Shown: in pieces, positions 9,186 to 14,901 of the stretch | Layout: every line of letters begins with the position of its first letter | Numbering within the stretch: the first letter of the stretch is position 1 | Source of the DNA: Nitrospirota bacterium | GTDB lineage: Bacteria; Nitrospirota; JACRHJ01 | Reading direction: 5' to 3' | Length of the DNA stretch: 14,901 nucleotides | NCBI GenBank assembly: GCA_963845245.1 | Contig: CAWJRJ010000010.1 | Span: 1 to 14,901, forward strand | Position numbers and translations under genes: made by a program | The notes under the pieces: generated by a model | What the model was told of the DNA's origin: nothing | What the model saw: the letters and a program-made list of their open reading frames with translations, nothing else | The model's database searches: none

Positions 9186-10575
9186 CGATTACCTCGTATA
9201 CCTGTTGCGGTTCGTTTTTCCCTTTGAGCATTACCTTTTCTTTTTTCTCGATCTCAAACTGCCCGCTCACCAGCCTGAACGTCTCTTCACTGATTATTAT
9301 GTCCTCTTCCCGGGATAGCGGGACAAGCCTTGCCGCGAGGTTTACGGCGTCCCCGACTACGGTATAATTCATGCGCGACTGCGAGCCCACATTACCCGCC
9401 ACTACAGTACCGCTGTTTATCCCTATACCGATATGCACCGGCAGCAACCCGCCTTTAACACGCCTCTCGTTGAACTGGCGCATGGCCTCACGCATCTTTA
9501 AAGCAGTCCTGATGCACCGTACCGCGTCGTCTTCCGCCTTGACCGGCACGCCGTATATGACCATCATGGCGTCGCCTATGAACTTGTCTATAAAGCCGCC
9601 GTTCTCGAACACGATATCGACCATTAGTGAGAAATATTCGTTCAGGAACGATATCACTCCTTTCGGGTCAAGCTTCTCAGCCATTGCGGTAAAACCTCTG
9701 ATGTCGGTGAACAATATGGTCACGTACCTGTGCTCGCCGCCAAGCTGAAGCTTGGTATGCTCTGGGTCGCCAAGCAGTTTGTCCGCGAGTTCCTTGCTCA
9801 TATAGCGTGCAAAACTGTCCTTGATAAGCTCCTTTTCGCGGAGCCCCCTTGCCATGTCGTTGAACGCCAGAGCCAGCTCGCCTATCTCGTCCAGCCTCTT
9901 TACCTCGACCTTCTGGTCCAGGTTGCCGCGCCCTATAGCGTTTACGCCCTCCACCAGCTCGTTGATGGGCGAGAAGGTCACCCTGGCAAGGGTGAATGCA
10001 CCTACGCCGCCCAGCAGAAGCCCGATCAGGGCCACGCCCCCGACCGTACGCCTCACCTTTGATGCAGCCTCTTCTATCACCGCGCTTGAAAGGCCCAGGT
10101 GCACCTGACCGAGCGTCTTTTTCTCCACCCCGGCAAGGGTGATCGGCACGGATATGTCGTAAAGGTCGTAGCCGTCAGGACCCTTTGCCTCCTCGATTAC
10201 ATAGCCGTCGCCTTTCTCAAGGGCCTTGAGGCCTGGCCAGGGCTGGTAGGGCGTACCGGACTTTTTTATGTCGCTGTGGGCGCGTACGACCCCTGAGCCG
10301 TCCACTATCTGGATATAGCTTACGCCCCTGTTGTTCATGGAGGATGTTATAAACTGGAAGAGGTACAGCTCGTCGCCTTTACCCACAAGGGCGTCCTCCG
10401 AGGAGCGGGCGATGTTCTTGGCAATCGCTATGCCCTTCTCCTTTATCTCAAATGAAAGGCTGCGGCGCATCTTGTCGGCCGTTACGGCCATAACGATGGC
10501 GCCGACTGCCGCGATGAGGACTATCGTGAACAGGGCCAGTTTTACTCGCAGGCTGAATATGGATTTTTTGGGCAT
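9166..10575 (-). CDS. Membrane-anchored class III adenylate cyclase (TM, periplasmic Cache-like domain, TM, HAMP, cyclase)
   Basis: Likely start MPKKSIFSLRVK at 10575. Two TM helices, HAMP 'PINELVEGVNAIGRGNLDQKVEVKRLDEIGELALAFNDMA'. Catalytic motifs 'ILFTDIRGFT', 'DKFIGDAMM', 'IGIGINSG', 'NYTVVGDAVNLAARL'. Confidence 0.92.
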   Translation of the reverse strand: MPKKSIFSLRVKLALFTIVLIAAVGAIVMAVTADKMRRSLSFEIKEKGIAIAKNIARSSEDALVGKGDELYLFQFITSSMNNRGVSYIQIVDGSGVVRAHSDIKKSGTPYQPWPGLKALEKGDGYVIEEAKGPDGYDLYDISVPITLAGVEKKTLGQVHLGLSSAVIEEAASKVRRTVGGVALIGLLLGGVGAFTLARVTFSPINELVEGVNAIGRGNLDQKVEVKRLDEIGELALAFNDMARGLREKELIKDSFARYMSKELADKLLGDPEHTKLQLGGEHRYVTILFTDIRGFTAMAEKLDPKGVISFLNEYFSLMVDIVFENGGFIDKFIGDAMMVIYGVPVKAEDDAVRCIRTALKMREAMRQFNERRVKGGLLPVHIGIGINSGTVVAGNVGSQSRMNYTVVGDAVNLAARLVPLSREEDIIISEETFRLVSGQFEIEKKEKVMLKGKNEPQQVYEVIGEKPRS

Positions 10576-10695
10576 ATGCGCACCGGCAGGATTATCGATT
10601 ACTGTATATTTTTTACACGGATAAACTACCATAACAGGCATGGAAAGACAACACTTAACTGCCGACCACATTGGAAGAGGCGGGAGAAAAATACC

Positions 10696-10724
10696 TTGAT
10701 AAAAACCCGTCCGGCATCTATACT
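10696..10724 (+). promoter_or_regulatory. Putative sigma70 promoter of thiS (leaderless architecture)
   Basis: TTGATA (10696-10701), 17-nt spacer, TATACT (10719-10724), 6 nt, then ATG 10731; no SD. Confidence 0.7.
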
Positions 10725-10730
10725 TTTCAT

Positions 10731-10928
10731 ATGAAAATTCAGGTGAACGGAAATGAGATGACCATGGATGAGGGAGCTACGGTTGCCTCTCTGCTTGAAG
10801 GACTGGGGCTTTCGGACAAGAAGGTAGCCGTGGAGCACAACATGGTTATCCTCGCAAGGGACGGCTACGGCACTACATTGAACGAAGGCGACGTGATTGA
10901 GATAATAAGCTTTGTCGGCGGAGGTTGA
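10731..10928 (+). CDS. thiS: Sulfur carrier protein ThiS
   Basis: 65 aa, MKIQVNG...VAVEHN...LNEGDVIEIISFVGGG with C-terminal di-glycine; classic ThiS pattern. Confidence 0.95.
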   Translation: MKIQVNGNEMTMDEGATVASLLEGLGLSDKKVAVEHNMVILARDGYGTTLNEGDVIEIISFVGGG

Positions 10929-10944
10929 ACCATCAGGGGGAGAC

Positions 10945-11922
10945 ATGGAGAACATAGCCAGACGATTTTTTTCTAATTATCTTCGGATCGACAAGGAGCT
11001 TATCATAATACTGCTCCTTGTGACAATCACGGCGTTCATTTTCTTTTTTGTGTCAAACCAGCGCGCGTTCCTTAATTTTTTCTACGTACCGGCCCTCCTA
11101 GGCGCATATTTCTACGGTAAACGCTATGCCGCGCTAGCGGCCATTTTCTCGATTATCCTCATCGGCATAATAGCATATGCCTATCCGGATACCTTTATCA
11201 CAAAAAATGATAGCGAGTTGTATCGTTGGCTTGACATCGGCACATGGGGAGGCTTCATGCTGGTCACGGCATACCTTATGGGCCACCTTTACGAAAAAAA
11301 GGAACAGACCGCACGCGAGATAAAGAAGACCTACCAGGGGATCGTAGAGATGCTCTCGTTGATCATTGATGCCGTCGACCAGCAGACCCAGAGCCATTCA
11401 TACAGGGTATCAATGATAGCTGAACGGCTCGCTATGAAGGCAGGCTGCTCTACCGAAGAGATCGAGAACATAAGAGTCGCCGCGCTTCTTCATGACCTGG
11501 GGAAGATAGGCGTCAGCAGCGAGATACTAGCAAAGGTCGGCAAGCTCTCAGAGGAGGAACGCGCGCATATAAAGACGCACACTGCAAACGCGGTGGACAT
11601 GCTCGAACCTGTAGGAGGAAAAGTAATTGAACTCCTCCCGCTCATATTGAACCACCACGAGAGTTACGATGGGACCGGCTACAATGCTATGATAGGCGAG
11701 AAGATACCCATAGGGGCACGGATAATCGCAGTCGCAGACGTCTATGACGCACTCACCTCAGACAGGCCATACCGAAAGGCCCTAAGCCCGTTCCAGGCAA
11801 AAAGCGAGATTGTTGTCAATTCGGGGATACGGTTCGACCCTCATGTCGTCAAGGCATTCGAGCTTTCATTCCCTGAGTTCGAGACCGACTCCCACCTTTA
11901 CTCCTTAAAACTCGGCCTTTAA
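10945..11922 (+). CDS. Membrane-bound HD-GYP-family phosphohydrolase (putative cyclic dinucleotide phosphodiesterase)
   Basis: SD-like AGGGGGAG before ATG 10945, about 4 N-terminal TM helices, then 'HSYRV', 'LLHDLGKIG', 'HHESYDGTGYN', 'IPIGARIIAVADVYDALTSDRPYRK'. Confidence 0.9.
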   Translation: MENIARRFFSNYLRIDKELIIILLLVTITAFIFFFVSNQRAFLNFFYVPALLGAYFYGKRYAALAAIFSIILIGIIAYAYPDTFITKNDSELYRWLDIGTWGGFMLVTAYLMGHLYEKKEQTAREIKKTYQGIVEMLSLIIDAVDQQTQSHSYRVSMIAERLAMKAGCSTEEIENIRVAALLHDLGKIGVSSEILAKVGKLSEEERAHIKTHTANAVDMLEPVGGKVIELLPLILNHHESYDGTGYNAMIGEKIPIGARIIAVADVYDALTSDRPYRKALSPFQAKSEIVVNSGIRFDPHVVKAFELSFPEFETDSHLYSLKLGL

Positions 11923-11941
11923 TTACACTTTTCAAATTTTC

Positions 11942-11975
11942 TGTTAAAATAGTTTTTATTTATTAAAAATGGAGG
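11942..11975 (+). promoter_or_regulatory. Putative extended -10 promoter and ribosome-binding site of pgi
   Basis: TGtTAAAAT (11942-11950) in an AT-rich spacer; GGAGG (11971-11975) 8 nt before ATG 11984. Confidence 0.55.
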
Positions 11976-11983
11976 CCAACGTT

Positions 11984-13415
11984 ATGGCAGACTGGAAAGA
12001 CCAGAAATGGCAGGTCGGCATGGAGATAAAGTACGACTTCAACTTCATGATGTCGGAGTTCATCGGGCCGGAGAACGGAGTAGTCAAAGGTGAGGTGGAC
12101 GCGCTCGCGGACAGGGCTGATGCGGTGCACAAGGATCTGACCGAAAAATCGCAGGGATGGCTCGCTTCCGTTTTTCGACCTCCCCTACCAGGACACATCC
12201 GCCATAAAGGAACTCGCGGACGAGCTTGCAGGCGAGTTCGAAAACTTCGTCCTGCTCGGCATCGGCGGCTCTGCGCTGGGGCCGATTGCGCTACACACCG
12301 CGCTTCGGCACCCGCACCACAACATCCGCACAAAGAAGGAGCGTGGCGGCAGGCCCAGGATGTTCTTCGTGGACAATGTTGACCCCGACCAGTTCTCAAG
12401 CCTCATGGAATCGATAAAACTCGATAAGACCGTCTTCAACGTGATTACCAAGTCAGGCGGCACGTCCGAGACGATGGCCCAGTTCATGATAGCCCGGGGC
12501 CTTGTAAAAAAGGATCTGGGGAAGAAGGCTCTCAAGAAGAACTTCGCATGCATCACAGACCCGGAGAAAGGGAACCTGCGGAAGATAGTCCGGGACGAGA
12601 AGCTTCGCTCCCTTGAGGTCCCGCCACTGGTGGGTGGCAGGTTCTCTGTGTTCACCCCTGTCGGGCTCCTCTCTGCGGCGGTCTCTGGCATAGACATCGA
12701 CGAGCTGCTTGCCGGTGCGGCCAGCATGGACATGCGCACATCCAGGCCCGGCATATGGGAGAACCCGGCATATCTCTCGGCAGCTCTCCAGTACCTTGCG
12801 GACACCAAGAAGGGCAAGAATATCTCGGTGATGATGCCCTACTCCCAGGCGCTAAAGGACGTCGCGGACTGGTACAGGCAGATATGGGCGGAGTCGCTCG
12901 GTAAGAGGCTTGACCTTCAGGGCAATGTGGTGCATACCGGGCAGACGCCGGTAAAGGCACTCGGCGCGACCGACCAGCACTCGCAGGTGCAGCTTTACAT
13001 GGAAGGCCCGAACGACAAGACGTTCACATTCCTGCGTGTGGAGGAGTTCGATACCAAGGTGACCATCCCGAAGGACTTCACGGACATCCCCGGCGCGGCG
13101 TTCCTTATAGGCAAAAGCCTGAACCAGCTTATAAACGCGGAGCAGGCGGCGACCGAGACGGCGCTGATGTCGGCGGGCAGGCCGTGCGCCACAATCACGG
13201 TCCCGGCCGTGAACCCGTTCACGCTTGGCCAGATACTCTACATGTTCGAGGTCCAGACGGCCTTTGCGGGCGGGCTGTACGGCATAGACCCGTTCGACCA
13301 GCCGGGCGTGGAAGAGGGCAAGCTCCTCACCTACGCGATGATGGACAGGCCGGGGTACGAGAAAAAGAAAAATGAACTTGAGAAGATAAAGAAGAAGGCG
13401 GGGTATGTAATTTAA
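11984..13415 (+). CDS. pgi: Glucose-6-phosphate isomerase; one apparent +1 frameshift (~12144-12148)
   Basis: Removing one A from the A5 run gives ~476 aa: ...RRDGSLPFFDLPY...VLLGIGGSALGP, 'ITKSGGTSET', 'VGGRFSVFTPVGL', 'QIWAESLGK', 'GATDQHSQVQLY', 'PFDQPGVEEGK'. Confidence 0.95.
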
Positions 13416-13422
13416 TGAACAA

Positions 13423-13451
13423 AGGGGGCCTTCAAGCCCCCTATTCTTTTT
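13423..13451. terminator. Probable bidirectional intrinsic terminator between convergent pgi and rsmD
   Basis: 7-bp stem AGGGGGC (13423-13429) / GCCCCCT (13436-13442), 6-nt loop, followed by ATTCTTTTT on + and TTGTT on -. Confidence 0.75.
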
Positions 13452-14008
13452 CTAAAAGCCTGTACACACTCACGACTGTATCGCCGTAGTTATAATCCTT
13501 CTTCTTGTCTAGACGCCCTATCTCTTCCGGGGCGTGGTATTTCTTAAAATGCTCGAAAACAATTATTGCGTCTGCCGAAAGGTACACCGCGTCCTCTGCA
13601 CCAAGCAGTTCCATCGTATCCATGCCTACCTTCTCATGGTATGGCGGGTCAACGAACACGATATCGAACGGCCCAAGCTCCGAGGCGGTCTTCTTAAGGA
13701 ACTGAAGCACGTCCTTTGTCACAACGGCGGCATGATCGCGGTAGCCCAGTGCTTCGAGGTTCTCGGATATCAACCTGGTGGACTTCACCGAGCTATCTAC
13801 GAACACCACCCTGGCTGCGCCGCGGGAGAGCGCCTCAATCCCAACCGCGCCCGGTGCCCGCAAAAAGCTCTAGGAAGCTCGCATCGTCCACATTGCCGCC
13901 AATTATGGAAAACAGCGCCTCGCGCACCTTGTCCGATGTCGGCCTGACGCCGCCGTGCTTCGGAGGCTTTATCTTGCGCCCCTTTGATTCACCGCCTGAT
14001 ATCCTCAT
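13441..14008 (-). CDS. rsmD: 16S rRNA (guanine966-N2)-methyltransferase RsmD; one apparent +1 frameshift (~13850-13852)
   Basis: ATG at 14008 gives MRISGGESKGRKIKPPKHGGVRPTSDKVREALFSII...FLELFAGTG; removing one base continues AVGIEALSRGA...'DIVFVDPPY'...'YGDT'; ~188 aa. Confidence 0.93.
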
Positions 14009-14014
14009 GCCGCT

Positions 14015-14044
14015 ATTCTAAAGGCTGGCTTAAGCGCAAGTCAA
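14015..14044 (-). promoter_or_regulatory. Putative sigma70 promoter of rsmD (leaderless architecture)
   Basis: Minus strand: TTGACT (14044-14039), 18-nt spacer, TAGAAT (14020-14015), 6 nt, then ATG 14008; no SD. Confidence 0.65.
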
Positions 14045-14086
14045 GCGCGATGTTGTGTTAATACTTAAAGACGGGCGGATGCGGGA

Positions 14087-14896
14087 CTACTGTTTGGGAA
14101 ATTCTAGGAGGTTTGACAGTTTGACGCTCTCGATAGCGATTGCATGTGGCGGGTACATCTTCCTTCGTCCATTATTTTCCATCACACCTATGCTGAACGT
14201 CTTCGGCGGCGTAATAACCTTGCCGTCGAAAGTGGTAAAGCCGTGCATGTACGAATCGAAGGTTTTTTCTGGCTCGTAACCTGGGAATTTACCTCCATTC
14301 CTTGGCCCCCTCCTTCTGTTGACGGGGATGATGTTTCCGTTGACGTAGACCCTGTCGTCCGAGGGTTTCTTACCCCAGGTCACGGTGATTTTTATCTTGG
14401 TGCCGGTCTCTGGAGGCCCTCCGGAAGACGGGGAATAGTTGAAACCCACACCCCCGAAGGCGTCTTCCATTATCATTGGGTACAGTATGAAACTTCCGAC
14501 AGTAACGTCGTGGTCATTCAAGCCGACCGAAAAAATCGGTACACTGTTTTCGTCGTATATTGTAAAGAGGGCCTCTATTTCCTTCCCAAGCTTCTTAAGC
14601 AGTACTTTGTCCACAACTACAGTGTTGATCTCAAGGGTGCCCTGCTCCGTATCCAGTATTTCAGCGTTATACGAGTAGCAGTCCCCATCCCTGGATGCCG
14701 TCCAACCGACTGGCGGGGGGAAATCCGGGCTTTTTACCGGCTGGCTGCCTGAGTGGGCAAGCAGCGGGGCCGACACAACCCCGTCCTTAAACTCGAATAT
14801 GGTTTGTTTGAAAATGTAGGATGGTGGGGCCTCCTCCGCGAAGGCCCCACTTGCCGTAATCAACATAAATAAAATCAATAGCAGGCTTTTAATCAT
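14087..14896 (-). CDS. Exported hypothetical protein, possible LamG/concanavalin A-like jellyroll
   Basis: 269 aa ORF with signal peptide MIKSLLLILFMLITASGAFA; beta-rich; motif series 'QGTLEI', 'ITVTWG', 'RVYVNG', 'FSIG', 'IESVKLSN'. Confidence 0.65.
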   Translation of the reverse strand: MIKSLLLILFMLITASGAFAEEAPPSYIFKQTIFEFKDGVVSAPLLAHSGSQPVKSPDFPPPVGWTASRDGDCYSYNAEILDTEQGTLEINTVVVDKVLLKKLGKEIEALFTIYDENSVPIFSVGLNDHDVTVGSFILYPMIMEDAFGGVGFNYSPSSGGPPETGTKIKITVTWGKKPSDDRVYVNGNIIPVNRRRGPRNGGKFPGYEPEKTFDSYMHGFTTFDGKVITPPKTFSIGVMENNGRRKMYPPHAIAIESVKLSNLLEFPKQ

Positions 14897-14901
14897 ACCT
14901 A

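Noticed and set aside
5332..10575. Pycsar/CBASS-like cyclic-nucleotide anti-phage system
   Set aside because: The cyclase is a TM-HAMP sensory type with ATP-specifying residues, and no cNMP-binding/TIR/TM effector or CD-NTase is present.
10576..10730. Upstream starts at 10671 for both the cyclase (-) and thiS (+), and ORF 10626-10955 (-)
   Set aside because: The extensions are not family-like and cover the divergent promoter region; the minus ORF is a thiS shadow.
12185..12817. 210-aa minus-strand ORF inside pgi (and the similar plus-strand ORF 14144-14752 opposite the exported-protein gene)
   Set aside because: Antisense shadows of well-supported genes on the opposite strand.
1200..13852. 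Programmed ribosomal frameshifting or pseudogenes at the breaks
   Set aside because: No shared slippery motif or stimulatory structure seen; all are the same +1 type and hit unrelated housekeeping genes.
1..14901. CRISPR arrays, tRNA/rRNA, riboswitches, IS elements or att sites
   Set aside because: None seen by eye; intergenic gaps are short (155 nt or less) and explained by promoters or terminators. A covariance-model scan was not possible.

Overview
Gene-dense bacterial window whose gene content and gene styles loosely suggest Desulfobacterota/Nitrospirota (taxonomy not established). In order: 3' end of an ABC-2 permease; an orphan multi-TM/Cache-like/PAS histidine kinase; a thiF + HydG-type radical-SAM tyrosine lyase pair; an oppositely oriented, translationally coupled three-gene operon (HAMP class III adenylate cyclase -> exported TPR protein -> exported 2xIg-like/YfaP(DUF2135)/HEAT-repeat protein); thiS + membrane HD-GYP-type phosphodiesterase; pgi; rsmD; and an exported LamG-like hypothetical protein. 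Five genes (including pgi and rsmD) are broken by six frameshifts that can each be repaired by deleting one base, most likely long-read/assembly errors. Most notable: (1) a full HydG with intact CX2CX22C auxiliary-cluster motif and dangler-Fe His sits where ThiH would be expected, with no thiG or hydA/E/F in the window; (2) the cyclase-TPR-YfaP/HEAT operon looks like an uncharacterised envelope-sensing cAMP module; (3) near-consensus sigma70 promoters lie directly against the start codons of thiS, rsmD and thiF, predicting leaderless or near-leaderless mRNAs.
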